A DNA stretch of 64,000 nt from Kiloniellaceae bacterium (GTDB taxonomy: Bacteria > Pseudomonadota > Alphaproteobacteria > Kiloniellales > J153). Each line of letters begins with the position of its first letter. Position 1 is the first letter of the stretch. A model generated the notes under the pieces. It was not told where the DNA came from and searched no databases. It was given only the letters and a program-made list of their open reading frames with translations. The DNA lies in the NCBI GenBank assembly GCA_021776175.1, contig JAJFGJ010000036.1, positions 247,106-311,105 on the forward strand, read 5' to 3'. The translations under genes were made by a program, and so were the position numbers. Positions 26,233-35,770 of this stretch are shown piece after piece.

Positions 26233-27414
26233 GTGAGCCAAGTGGAGCTATATTTCAGCCGCGGCGAATATGCCGCGCGCCTGGATAAGACTCGGCGCGC
26301 GATGGAACGCGCGGAGATCGATCTCCTGATTGTCTCCGATCCTTCCAACATGGCCTGGCTGACCGGTTACGATGGCTGGTCGTTCTATGTCCATCAGTGC
26401 GTGATCGTGCCGCCGGAGGGCGAGCCCATCTGGTTCGGCCGCGGGCAGGACGGCAAGGGCGCCATGCGTACCGTCTATATGAATCACGACCGGATCATCG
26501 GATACCCGGATCATTACGTGCAATCGCCCGATCGCCATCCCATGGATGTCTTGTCGGAAATACTAACCGATCGCGGCTGGGGCAAGGGCGCCATCGGTGT
26601 CGAGATGGATAACTATTGGTATTCCGCCGCCGCCCATGCCGCGCTGATCACGCACCTGCCGAACGTCCGGTTTCGCGACGCCACCGGTCTAGTCAATTGG
26701 CGGCGCGCGGTGAAATCGGATCAAGAAATCACTTACATGCGCCGCGCGGCGCGCATCGTCGAGGCCATGCACGGACGTATCGTCGAGAAAATCGAACCTG
26801 GCATGCGCAAGTGCGATCTGGTGGCGGAAATCTACGATGCCGGACTTCGTGGCGCCGATGGTTTCGGCGGCGATTACCCGGCCCTTGTGCCGCTTCTGCC
26901 TTCGGGCGCCGATGCCTCGGCCCCGCATCTGACCTGGGACGACAAACCCCTGCGCGCCGGGGAGGGAACATTTTTTGAGATCGCGGGCTGCTACAAACGC
27001 TATCACTGCCCCCTTTCGCGCACGGTCTTCCTGGGTAAACCGGATCAGAAGTTTCTGGATGGCGAGAAAGCGGTCCTGGAAGGCATGGAGGCGGGCTTGG
27101 AAATGGCCAAGGCGGGGAATGCTTGCGAAGATATCGCCACGGCGTTTTTCGCGGTGCTCAAGAAATACGGCATCGTCAAGGACAACCGGACGGGTTATTC
27201 CATCGGCCTCAGCTATCCGCCCGATTGGGGCGAGCGCACCATGAGCCTTAGGTCCGGCGACAAGACGGTACTGCGCGAAAACATGACCTTTCATTTCATG
27301 ACCGGGCTGTGGCTCGACGACTGGGGCATGGAAATCACGGAAAGCATCGTCATCGGCAAGACCGGGCCTGAGTGTCTGGCGAATGTGCCGCGCAAGCTCT
27401 TTGTGAAGCCATGA
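26233..27414 (+). CDS. doeA: M24-family hydrolase, ectoine hydrolase DoeA/EutD-like (creatinase/prolidase fold)
   Basis: 393 aa. FSRGEYAARLDKTRRAM...DPSNMAWLTGYDGWSFYVHQ matches the DoeA N-terminal domain as I recall it, and the C-terminal part is a pita-bread M24 domain. The symbol is assigned on similarity and synteny only. Confidence 0.6.
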   Translation: MSQVELYFSRGEYAARLDKTRRAMERAEIDLLIVSDPSNMAWLTGYDGWSFYVHQCVIVPPEGEPIWFGRGQDGKGAMRTVYMNHDRIIGYPDHYVQSPDRHPMDVLSEILTDRGWGKGAIGVEMDNYWYSAAAHAALITHLPNVRFRDATGLVNWRRAVKSDQEITYMRRAARIVEAMHGRIVEKIEPGMRKCDLVAEIYDAGLRGADGFGGDYPALVPLLPSGADASAPHLTWDDKPLRAGEGTFFEIAGCYKRYHCPLSRTVFLGKPDQKFLDGEKAVLEGMEAGLEMAKAGNACEDIATAFFAVLKKYGIVKDNRTGYSIGLSYPPDWGERTMSLRSGDKTVLRENMTFHFMTGLWLDDWGMEITESIVIGKTGPECLANVPRKLFVKP

Positions 27415-27427
27415 GGCGGACAAAGCC

Positions 27428-28420
27428 ATGAAAGCCAATCCGATTACAGCAACGCTCGATTTCGACAAGAACGGGATCCGGCACGGACATCTGCGTGTGC
27501 CACATAGCCATGACGGTTCGGCCTGGGGATCGATCATGATTCCCTTGAGCGTCGTGCGTAACGGCGAGGGACCGACGGCGCTTTTGACCGGCGCCAATCA
27601 CGGCGACGAATACGAAGGTCCGATCGCTTTGTTCGATCTGGCGAGGAATTTGGAAGCCGAGGAGGTGAGCGGGCGAGTCATCATCGTGCCGGCCATGAAC
27701 TACCCGGCCTTCCAGGCGGCGGCGCGCACCTCGCCCATCGACAAGGGAAACATGAACCGGACCTTTCCCGGTCGGCCCGACGGCACGGTAACCGAAAAGA
27801 TCGCCGACTATTTCCAGCGTACCTTGCTGCCTATCTCGGACCTCGTGGTCGATATCCACGCCGGTGGGAAGACACTGGACTTCGTGCCCTTCGCGGCCGC
27901 CCATGTGATGCCAGACAAGGCACAGGAAGCGCGCTGCGCCGCCGCCATGCAGGCTTTCAACGCGCCTTACTCCATGATGCTGCAAGAGATCGACGCGGCG
28001 GGCATGTTCGACACGGCGGCGGAGGACATGGGTAAGATTTTCGTCACCACCGAACTAGGCGGAGGAGGTGGTGCGACCGCGCGCACCGCCCAAATCGCCA
28101 AGCGGGGTGTTCGCAGCGTTTTACAACATGCCGGTATCCTGAAAGGCCGGGCCGAGACTGGGCCGAGCGTGCGGCTCCATATGCCATCGGACGACTGCTT
28201 CACCTTCAGCGAGGACGAGGGTTTGCTGGAGCCGCGCGTCGACTTGGGGCAAGAGGTCAAGACGGGCGATGTGCTGGCGCTCGTCTGGCCGTTCGGGCGC
28301 ACGGGCGTGGCGGCTCGGGAATACCGCGCCGCCATGGACGGCATCTTGGCCGGGCGCCACTTTCCCGGCCACATCGCCGCTGGCGATTGCATGGCGGTGA
28401 TCGCGGCGCGGACGGCCTGA
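27428..28420 (+). CDS. doeB: Succinylglutamate desuccinylase/aspartoacylase-family deacylase, N-alpha-acetyl-diaminobutyrate deacetylase DoeB/EutE-like
   Basis: 330 aa. NPITATLDFDKNGIRHGHLRVPHSHDGSAWGSIMIPLSVVRNGEGPTALLTGANHGDEYEGPIAL matches the DoeB N-terminus as I recall it. It lies immediately downstream of the doeA-like gene. Confidence 0.6.
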   Translation: MKANPITATLDFDKNGIRHGHLRVPHSHDGSAWGSIMIPLSVVRNGEGPTALLTGANHGDEYEGPIALFDLARNLEAEEVSGRVIIVPAMNYPAFQAAARTSPIDKGNMNRTFPGRPDGTVTEKIADYFQRTLLPISDLVVDIHAGGKTLDFVPFAAAHVMPDKAQEARCAAAMQAFNAPYSMMLQEIDAAGMFDTAAEDMGKIFVTTELGGGGGATARTAQIAKRGVRSVLQHAGILKGRAETGPSVRLHMPSDDCFTFSEDEGLLEPRVDLGQEVKTGDVLALVWPFGRTGVAAREYRAAMDGILAGRHFPGHIAAGDCMAVIAARTA

Positions 28421-28441
28421 CCGCGGGGGTCACGCCACCTG

Positions 28442-29254
28442 TTAGCGGCGCCAGATCTCAGGCCAAAGATCGCAATCCAAGGCCGCGCCCGGTGCGATCG
28501 CGGGTTCCCACAGCATCGGTTGAATGCCGGGCCGGGGATCGTAGACGACACCGTCGCCGGCCCAGCGCGTGACGTGGGCGCGGCGGCGCCAGGTGCCGCT
28601 CGCGTTGCCCGGCGCGCCATGCACCATCATGCCGTGGTGAATCGTACAGTCGCCGGGTTCGAATTCGAACTGAAGAAACTCCAGTTCGCCGCGCATGGCG
28701 TCGATATCGGGAACCGGCTGCAGCTCCTTGGCGTAGTCCAAATCCGGCCGGAACGCGATCGGCCCATAGCGTTGTCCCCAGGCGTGGGAACCCTTCACGA
28801 ATTCGACCGCGCCGGTATTCGCCGTCACGGGATCAAGGGCGAGCCAAAGAGTGCAAACCTCTTGGCCTATGATCGGCCAGTAGGTCACGTCCTGGTGCCA
28901 AACCGTGCGCTGGCGGGTTCCGGGTTCCTTGATCAGCAGTTGATCGAAAACGATGTTGATCCGCGATGACCCCATGATCGTACCGGCCAGTTCGGCGGCA
29001 GGGGACTCGAAGACGAAAGACTCGAATTCCGGATTCCGGGGCCACAGAAAGGTATCGGTGAAGAAGCGCCCCGGATCGCCGCTCTCGGCGAGTTCGTGCT
29101 TCATATTGCCGGGTGCGCTCATATCGCGTTCGGCTTGCACGCGCAGGTGTTCGACCCATTCGGGGTCGAACATGCTTTTCAAGATCACCACGCCGTCGCG
29201 GGCGTAGGTCTCGACCTCACTTTGCGTGACGGCGCGAGCCGGGTGCTTGTTCAT
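28442..29254 (-). CDS. Phytanoyl-CoA dioxygenase (PhyH) family Fe(II)/2-oxoglutarate oxygenase
   Basis: In-frame ATG (MNKHPARAVTQSEVETYARDGVVILKSMF) inside track ORF 28442..29293, whose own start is a GTG. WHQD provides the HxD iron ligands, and a distal His lies in HHGMMVHGAPGN. Confidence 0.75.
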   Translation of the reverse strand: MNKHPARAVTQSEVETYARDGVVILKSMFDPEWVEHLRVQAERDMSAPGNMKHELAESGDPGRFFTDTFLWPRNPEFESFVFESPAAELAGTIMGSSRINIVFDQLLIKEPGTRQRTVWHQDVTYWPIIGQEVCTLWLALDPVTANTGAVEFVKGSHAWGQRYGPIAFRPDLDYAKELQPVPDIDAMRGELEFLQFEFEPGDCTIHHGMMVHGAPGNASGTWRRRAHVTRWAGDGVVYDPRPGIQPMLWEPAIAPGAALDCDLWPEIWRR

Positions 29255-29342
29255 GGGATTGCATGCCTTTGTTGCCGCGCGGCCCTCGCCCACTTGGGAC
29301 TATAGCGCGGGAAACGGGCGGTGGGCAGGTGCTTCGACGGAT

Positions 29343-31163
29343 TCAGCCTCCTTCGATTTCTTCACGGAGGAGTTCGAGCGCCAGCCATTCTTCTTCCATG
29401 CCCTCCAAGCCGCTTTCGGCGGTGCTCAGGGCCGCCGCCGCCGCGTCGAAGGCGGTCCGGTCGCGGGCATAGAGGTCCGGCGTGGCAAGCGTGGCGCGTA
29501 GTGCCGCGGTTTCCGTCTCCAGAGCTTCGATCCGCTTGGGCAGGGTATCCAGCGCGTGCTTTTCCTTGAACGACAGTTTGCGGCTCGTGTTGCTTATGGC
29601 CGGGCCGGGTTTGCGCTTGCCAGGTTTCGCCGGTCCGGATTTATTGGCCGGGCCGGTCTCCGCCTTTTCGGTAGGCGCCGCGCGCTGCGCCACCATGTCG
29701 CTATAGCCACCGGCATAGATCAGCCAGCGCCCGCCGCCTTCCCAGGCAATGGTTGAGGTCGCGACCCGGTCCAGGAAATCCCGGTCGTGGCTGACCAGCA
29801 GCACGGTGCCCGGATAGTCGGCGAGCATTTCCTGCAAGAGATCCAGGGTTTCCAAATCCAAGTCATTGGTAGGTTCGTCCAGAATCAGAAAATTTGACGG
29901 CCGGGCCAAGGCGCGCGCCAGCATCAGGCGGCCGCGCTCACCGCCCGATAGGGCGCGCAACGGCGTGCGCGCCTGTTCGGGCAGGAACAAGAAATCCTTC
30001 ATATAGCCGATGACGTGTCTTGAGACCCCGGCGACGGACACCGTATCGCCGTGCCCGCCGGTCAGGGCGTCGCGCAAGGTCATGCCGGGATCGAGGCTGT
30101 CCCGGTTTTGATCGAGCGAGACCATCTCCAGATTGGCGCCCAGGCGCAGGCTTCCCCCATCGGGCGTCAGCCGGTCCGTCATCAGGTTCACCAGCGTCGT
30201 TTTGCCAGCGCCGTTGGGGCCAACGATGCCGATGCGCTCGCCCCTTGGGACGCGTATGGAAAAATCCTTCACGATGGGGTGGCCGTCGTAGCTTTTGCAC
30301 AGGCCCTTGGCCTCGATAACCAGTTTGCCCGAGACCTTGCCCTCGGTGACCGCCAGGGCGACCTGGCCCGTGACCTGGCGCTGCACCCGGCGGTCCTGGC
30401 GCAAATCCAGCAAGGCGCGCAGGCGCCCCTGGTTACGCTTGCGTCGCGCCGTCACGCCCTTGTGGAGCCATTCCGTTTCGGCTGCGATCTTGCGCTTCAA
30501 CTTATGACGTTCGGTTTCTTCCTGCTCCAGGGCCGTGTCGCGCCATGTCTCGAAGGCGGCGAAGCCCTTGTCCAGCCGGCGGGTCGTGCCCCGGTCGATC
30601 CACAAGGTCGCGCGCGACAAGGTATTCAGGAATCGCCGGTCATGGCTGATGACCACCAGGGCCGAGCGCAGGTCCCGCAATTCGCTCTCCAGCCACTCGA
30701 TGGCCGGCAGGTCGAGATGATTGGTCGGCTCGTCGAGGAGCAGGATATCCGGCGTCGGTGCGAGCACGCGAGCCAGGGCCGCGCGGCGGGCTTCGCCGCC
30801 CGAAAGGCGGGCCGGATTTTCCGTGCCGTTCAGGCCAAGCCGGGCCAGAATCCTGCGTGCCCGGTGCGCATCGTCCCCGGGTGCCAGGCCGTCCTCGGCA
30901 TAAGCCAGAACCGTCTCGAACCCGGATAAATCCGGCTCTTGAGGCAGGTAGCGAATGGTCGTGCCAGGCTGAACAAATCGCTCACCCCGGTCGCAATCGA
31001 CCTGACCGGCGGCGATTTTCAGCAATGTCGACTTGCCGGAGCCGTTGCGCCCCACCAGGCACAGGCGCTCGCCGGGGGAAACGGCTAGTTCCACCCCCTC
31101 CAGCAGGGCCTCGCCGCCAAAGCTCAAATGAATATCGCGCAAAATCAGTATCGGTGGCGCCAT
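29343..31163 (-). CDS. uup: ABC-F family ATPase, Uup-like
   Basis: In-frame ATG (MAPPILILRDIHLSFGG) inside track ORF 29343..31187. It has two ABC domains (GRNGSGKST, GPNGAGKTT), no transmembrane segment, and a C-terminal coiled coil (LSFKEKHALDTLPKRIEALETE) as in Uup. Confidence 0.75.
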   Translation of the reverse strand: MAPPILILRDIHLSFGGEALLEGVELAVSPGERLCLVGRNGSGKSTLLKIAAGQVDCDRGERFVQPGTTIRYLPQEPDLSGFETVLAYAEDGLAPGDDAHRARRILARLGLNGTENPARLSGGEARRAALARVLAPTPDILLLDEPTNHLDLPAIEWLESELRDLRSALVVISHDRRFLNTLSRATLWIDRGTTRRLDKGFAAFETWRDTALEQEETERHKLKRKIAAETEWLHKGVTARRKRNQGRLRALLDLRQDRRVQRQVTGQVALAVTEGKVSGKLVIEAKGLCKSYDGHPIVKDFSIRVPRGERIGIVGPNGAGKTTLVNLMTDRLTPDGGSLRLGANLEMVSLDQNRDSLDPGMTLRDALTGGHGDTVSVAGVSRHVIGYMKDFLFLPEQARTPLRALSGGERGRLMLARALARPSNFLILDEPTNDLDLETLDLLQEMLADYPGTVLLVSHDRDFLDRVATSTIAWEGGGRWLIYAGGYSDMVAQRAAPTEKAETGPANKSGPAKPGKRKPGPAISNTSRKLSFKEKHALDTLPKRIEALETETAALRATLATPDLYARDRTAFDAAAAALSTAESGLEGMEEEWLALELLREEIEGG

Positions 31164-31270
31164 GATCCGGGCATGTAGAACGACCAAGGCGGCGGATCAA
31201 GCCTTACCACGATTAGGTAAGCTTCAATAAATGCTGCTAACCTGAGTTATTCGCCGAACGTGGAGAAATA

Positions 31271-31621
31271 TTGGCCATGGCCGCCCGTAAGAAGTCCGAC
31301 CTCAAGGCCCTCAGGCAGCGTTTGGAAGCGGAGCGCGACAGCTTGCTGGAGGCCAGCGACAGTACCGCCGAGGAGCGCCGGCCGGTGGAGCTCGACCAGC
31401 AAAGCGTCGGCCGGCTTTCACGCATGGACGCCATGCAGGTTCAGGCCATGGCCCAGGCCGTGGAGGTGCGCCGGCGAGGCCGCCTGCAACGCATAGAGGC
31501 GGCGCTCAAGCGCATGGATGCGGGCGACTACGGCTATTGCACGTCCTGCGACGAGGACATCCCGCCCAAACGTCTCGAAATCGATCCTGCCGTGGAACGC
31601 TGCGTCGATTGCGCGCTTTAG
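31271..31621 (+). CDS. DksA/TraR-family C4-type zinc-finger protein
   Basis: 116 aa. An N-terminal coiled coil is followed by CTSCDEDIPPKRLEIDPAVERCVDC (a CxxC-N17-CxxC motif). Confidence 0.8.
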   Translation: MAMAARKKSDLKALRQRLEAERDSLLEASDSTAEERRPVELDQQSVGRLSRMDAMQVQAMAQAVEVRRRGRLQRIEAALKRMDAGDYGYCTSCDEDIPPKRLEIDPAVERCVDCAL

Positions 31622-31625
31622 GCGC

Positions 31626-33008
31626 CTAGGTCTCGTCCATGGCGGCCATTTCCGCCAGGGTCACGGGTTTGATCGGCGGGCGGATGCGATAGGCGCCGAC
31701 CTCTTGCATATCCACGCCGCGCGCCCGGGCGATAATTTCCGAAACCGTTGAACCGCAGAGCCGGCCCTGGCAGGGTCCCATGCCCGGCCGCCCAAACGCC
31801 TTGGTTTGATTCGGGCCGAGGCATCCTAGCGCCACATAGCCGCGAATCTGCCCCGCCGTCACTTCCTCGCAGCGGCACACGAGGGTCTCGTCGGGCGGGT
31901 TTAGGAACTCTTCCGCCGGGCGAAAAAGGCGGTCGAGAAACGGCCGCGCGGCGCGTTCCACCGCCAAGGCGCGGCGAATCGGGCCGGCCTTGGCGTCGCG
32001 CTCCGCCTGGCTGAGCTTGCCGAGCTGAAATGCCGCTTGCAGCCCGGCCAGGCGGCCCTGGTGCGCCGAGGCTTGGGCGCCGAGTATGCCGCCGCCGTCG
32101 CCCGCGACCGCGATACCCTCGATCTCGCTACAGCCCCAAGCATCCAGGCGCGGCCGCCAAGATCGCGCCAAGGGTTGCCAGTCATGGGCGAGGCCGAGGG
32201 CGCGGGTGATCTGAAGGTTCGGGGTCACTCCTTGATGTAAAAGCAGGACTTGGCAGGGCAATTCATGGGCCCGGACGCCAAGGGTGAAACCCAGGGCCTC
32301 GACCCGGTCCCGGCCGCAGGCGGTCAAGCCGTGCGCGCCCCTGTAGTGCGGCACCTTGGCCCGGCGAATCTGGGCCAGAAGCGCAAGACCCTTGGTCAGG
32401 TAGGACGGCTTGCGTGCCATGGCGGGAAGATACGGCAAGGCACGCGCCAGATTTCCACGCGGCGTGGTTTCGACCAGGGCGGCGATGCGCCCACCGGCGT
32501 TCAGAATCTGGCCCGCGACCAAAAACAGCAAGGGGCCGCTGCCAGCGAGCACGACGCCGCCGTCCGGGACCAGGCCGCTCGATTTCAACAGAACCTGCGC
32601 GGCCCCCGCGCCCATGACGCCGGGTAGGGTCCAACCGGGAAAGGGCATGGGCCGTTCCATGGCGCCGGTTGCCAGGACCAAGCGCTCGGCACGAAGGGTC
32701 CGGGCCTTGCCCGCGATTGTGAAATAGACTTCGCGTTCGGGGGTGACCTGCCAAACCCCGGCGCCGGGCCGGTAGTCGAGCAAGCCGCTCTCCAGGACTT
32801 GCATCAAGGATTCACCGCGCGTGTAATCGGCGCCCAGAATCGCCCGGCCTTGCTGGCCGGTATGGCCCATGGCCCGGTAGATCTGTCCGCCGGGCGCGGA
32901 TTGTTCGTCGAGAAGAAGGGTTTGGACCCCGGCCGACGTGGCCTCGGCGGCGGCGCACAGACCCGCCGGCCCGGCGCCGATCACGATCAGGGGCACGTTC
33001 TCAGTCAT
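31626..33008 (-). CDS. NAD(P)/FAD-dependent oxidoreductase subunit, HcnB/OoxA/LhpE-like, with a BFD-like [2Fe-2S] domain
   Basis: In-frame ATG (MTENVPLIVIGAGPAGL) whose codon overlaps the stop of the small Fe-S gene (ATGACTGA). The C-terminal CRCEEVTAGQIR...GPCQGRLCG is a BFD-like cluster motif. Confidence 0.8.
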   Translation of the reverse strand: MTENVPLIVIGAGPAGLCAAAEATSAGVQTLLLDEQSAPGGQIYRAMGHTGQQGRAILGADYTRGESLMQVLESGLLDYRPGAGVWQVTPEREVYFTIAGKARTLRAERLVLATGAMERPMPFPGWTLPGVMGAGAAQVLLKSSGLVPDGGVVLAGSGPLLFLVAGQILNAGGRIAALVETTPRGNLARALPYLPAMARKPSYLTKGLALLAQIRRAKVPHYRGAHGLTACGRDRVEALGFTLGVRAHELPCQVLLLHQGVTPNLQITRALGLAHDWQPLARSWRPRLDAWGCSEIEGIAVAGDGGGILGAQASAHQGRLAGLQAAFQLGKLSQAERDAKAGPIRRALAVERAARPFLDRLFRPAEEFLNPPDETLVCRCEEVTAGQIRGYVALGCLGPNQTKAFGRPGMGPCQGRLCGSTVSEIIARARGVDMQEVGAYRIRPPIKPVTLAEMAAMDET

Positions 33009-33327
33009 GGGCCGGAGCTTTCCCAAGGCCGGGCGCGCCGGTCATGGGCCGAACGCGCATGCCCTCGCGGACCTCGACCATGCAGGCTTGGCGGTTCGGC
33101 GTTCCGTCGATTTCCACCAAGCAATCGAAACAGACGCCCATCATGCAATAAGGCCCCCGGTGGGCGCCGCCGACCGGCGTGCGCCGGGCCGTGACCATGC
33201 CAGCCGCCAGCATCGCGGCGGCCACGCTATCGCCTTCGCGCGCTTGCACTGTGCGATCCTCGAAGGTAATCGCGACCGTGCGGCGCTTGGGATCAGGCAG
33301 CCGGCGAAAAAGCGAAGCGTTCGGCAC
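33001..33327 (-). CDS. (2Fe-2S)-binding small subunit, HcnA/LhpF-like
   Basis: Track ORF 33001..33405. I place the start at the in-frame GTG at 33327 (MPNASLFRRLPDPKRRTVAITFEDRTVQAREGDSVAAAML). The sequence CMMGVCFDCLVEIDGTPNRQAC is the cluster motif. The start is uncertain. Confidence 0.65.
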   Translation of the reverse strand: MPNASLFRRLPDPKRRTVAITFEDRTVQAREGDSVAAAMLAAGMVTARRTPVGGAHRGPYCMMGVCFDCLVEIDGTPNRQACMVEVREGMRVRPMTGAPGLGKAPAHD

Positions 33328-34405
33328 CGAAGGTCTCCAGGTAAGGAACTGGCGGCGGTCCGCCGGCGATCCAGGGGGCGAGGCGCAAGGCGTGACCCGC
33401 AGCAAGGGTAACGCCGCTGTGGCAGGTGACCAGAGTGGCGCCGGGGTGGGTACGCGATTGCGCGTAGATGGGGTGGCCGTCCGGGCTCATGACCCGCAAG
33501 GCGCCCCAGGCGCGCACCACACGTAAAGATTCCAACAGGGGGAAAATCCGTATCGCCCGCTTGGCCATGGCGGCCATGACTTGCGGCGTGGTGCCGTCGT
33601 CTAGGCCCACGTACTCCTTGGAATCGCCGATTTGCACGGAACCTTCGCCGGTCTGGCGAATTTGCGCGGTGGGATAGGACAAGAAGGTCTCGGTCCTTTC
33701 GCAGATCAGGACTTGTCCCCGATTAGGCTTAACCGGTGCCGCCAGACCGGCCATGGGCGCGAGCCGCGCATTACCCAAACCGGCGCAGAGCACGACCTTC
33801 TCCGCCCGCCAGCCGGGGGCCGCGCCGATGCGAAAACCCGAAGACAGGGCCGCGATCTCGCGCACCGTGGCGCCATTGACGATCCGCCCGCCGCGCCGCG
33901 TGAAGGCGCTGGTCAGGGCACGCAGAAGATAGAGCGGATTGGCGTGGCCGTCCTCGGGTCCATGGATCGCCCCGGCGATCTTGGGCCCGATGGCGGGCAG
34001 TCTTTTTTTTAAGCTGTCATGGCCCAGCACCTCGAAGGGATAGTCGCCGTCCAGACGCGCGCGCAAATCTTCCAGGCGGGCCTGGGCGGTGGCCAGCTCT
34101 TCGTCCGTGAGGCAGATGTCGAAACCGCCCGGCTGACGCAGTTCCACATCCAGCCCGGTTTCCTCTTGAAGTTCAGCGGCAAACTCGGGCCAAAGCGCGG
34201 CCGAAAGACGGGACCAGCGGGCATAGTCCGGCATCTTGACGCCCTTGCCCTGAACCCAGACCAGGCCGAAGTTGCCGCGCGAGGCCCGAAAGGCCACATC
34301 GCCCTCGTCGAACACCGTGACCCGGCGGCCGGCGCGTTGCAGCCCGAAGGCCACGGCCATACCAACCAGTCCGCCCCCGATCACCGCAAATTCCGTTTCG
34401 CCCAT
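33293..34405 (-). CDS. FAD-dependent oxidoreductase subunit, HcnC/OoxB/LhpB-like (DAO family)
   Basis: 370 aa. It has an N-terminal FAVIGGGLVGMAVAFGLQRAG dinucleotide fold followed by a D-amino-acid-oxidase-like domain. Confidence 0.8.
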   Translation of the reverse strand: MGETEFAVIGGGLVGMAVAFGLQRAGRRVTVFDEGDVAFRASRGNFGLVWVQGKGVKMPDYARWSRLSAALWPEFAAELQEETGLDVELRQPGGFDICLTDEELATAQARLEDLRARLDGDYPFEVLGHDSLKKRLPAIGPKIAGAIHGPEDGHANPLYLLRALTSAFTRRGGRIVNGATVREIAALSSGFRIGAAPGWRAEKVVLCAGLGNARLAPMAGLAAPVKPNRGQVLICERTETFLSYPTAQIRQTGEGSVQIGDSKEYVGLDDGTTPQVMAAMAKRAIRIFPLLESLRVVRAWGALRVMSPDGHPIYAQSRTHPGATLVTCHSGVTLAAGHALRLAPWIAGGPPPVPYLETFGAERFAFSPAA

Positions 34406-34456
34406 AAAAGCTTATCGCCCAAAGCGCGCCCACCTGTCGAGGGTGCGTGCCCGGCT

Positions 34457-35770
34457 TTACCGGTCCAGGCCGACGCCCCGGAAGCGGGAACGGACGGTGA
34501 AAAAGGCGCCGATGTCGAGGAGCGGCCGGGGCGGAATCCAGGCCCCGGGCTCGCTCGCCAGGCAGTCCTCGATAAGCGGCGAGCGATTGCCGCTGGCATG
34601 GTCCGCGAGCGCCGTGCCGAAGGCCGTGCCCCGGCTAACGCCGGAGCCGCTGTAGCCGCCGGCGAGATAAATGTTGTCCGCTTGGCGGCCGAAAAAATTG
34701 GTGCCGTTGCGGCTGATTCCTTCCACGCCGGACCAGGCATATTCGAACGGGACATGGGCCAATTGTGGAAAGCGTTTTTCGAATCCGGCCCGGTGGATGG
34801 CTTGCCGGCGCGCTAGAAGCGCGTCGGGCAGTAATTCTCCGCCGTGATATTCCGCCGCGTTGCGCAGGCACAGCCGCCGGTCCGCCGTCAGCCGTACCGT
34901 CGCGCCGCCGCCGTGGAGCGAGAGAACCCCCCATTCCGTCAGGCTGCCCAGGCTGGCGAGTTCGTCATCGCTCAAGACCCGTGTGAAGCTGCCCGACAAG
35001 GTGCTGCCGATTAGCCTGCGGCGCAGGAAGCCTAGCTTCGCCGCCTCGTGATTGACCGCCAGGACAAGTTTATCGCTCCGCAGGGTCCCGCCTGGAAGCG
35101 TCAGGGTCAGAGGCGCGCCCTTATCGATTCCCAGGACCGGGCTTTGTTCATGAAGTCTGACGTTGGCGGGCAAGGTGTCGGCCAGCCCGCGCACCAGGGC
35201 CGCCGGTTGCAGCAGGACCCCTTGATGAACGTGCACGCCGCCTTGATACAGCGCCGCACCTAGTTGTGCCTCCAATGCCGCCCCGTCGAGGGGCGTATGC
35301 GCGATCTCCATGGCCTCGAGATAGCGCAGGAAATGGCCGCATTCGCGTATCGCCAGGCGGTCGGCGGCGGTATGGATAAAGCCGTCTTCGCGCCATTGGC
35401 AATCGATGGCGGCCTTGGCCACTTGCGCCCGTAGCAAATCCAGACCGGCCTGATTGATGCGATTGACCCGGCGGTAGTCGTCCATTCGATCCGCTTGGAA
35501 ACCGCCACTGAAATGGCTGACGGCTACGGCGAAGCCGGAATTGCGCCCCGAGGCGCTCTGGTCGGCCAGGCGCGCGTCCAGCAGCACGATGTCCTGATCG
35601 GGATGCAGCTCGCCCAGGCGCCGGGCGCAGGCAAGGCCGGTCACCCCGGCCCCGATCACCGCCCAGGCGGCCCGGTGTTCGCCCTTCAGCGGCGAACCCG
35701 CCCGTCGTTCGGGGAGGAGCTCCGCCCAGCCGTGCCCATCGGTCGGGAAATCGCCGCTGCCAAGTGTCAT
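34457..35770 (-). CDS. FAD-dependent oxidoreductase (DAO family, gamma-glutamylputrescine-oxidase-like)
   Basis: 437 aa. It has AWAVIGAGVTGLACARRL...SGRNSGF. It is the first gene of the minus-strand oxidase operon. Confidence 0.75.
   Translation of the reverse strand: MTLGSGDFPTDGHGWAELLPERRAGSPLKGEHRAAWAVIGAGVTGLACARRLGELHPDQDIVLLDARLADQSASGRNSGFAVAVSHFSGGFQADRMDDYRRVNRINQAGLDLLRAQVAKAAIDCQWREDGFIHTAADRLAIRECGHFLRYLEAMEIAHTPLDGAALEAQLGAALYQGGVHVHQGVLLQPAALVRGLADTLPANVRLHEQSPVLGIDKGAPLTLTLPGGTLRSDKLVLAVNHEAAKLGFLRRRLIGSTLSGSFTRVLSDDELASLGSLTEWGVLSLHGGGATVRLTADRRLCLRNAAEYHGGELLPDALLARRQAIHRAGFEKRFPQLAHVPFEYAWSGVEGISRNGTNFFGRQADNIYLAGGYSGSGVSRGTAFGTALADHASGNRSPLIEDCLASEPGAWIPPRPLLDIGAFFTVRSRFRGVGLDR

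Noticed and set aside
31188-31270. Imperfect inverted repeat CTTACC-N7-GGTAAG between the ABC-F gene and the DksA/TraR gene
   Set aside because: The arms are only 6 bp, the repeat does not recur in the window, and it is compatible with chance in an 83-bp region.
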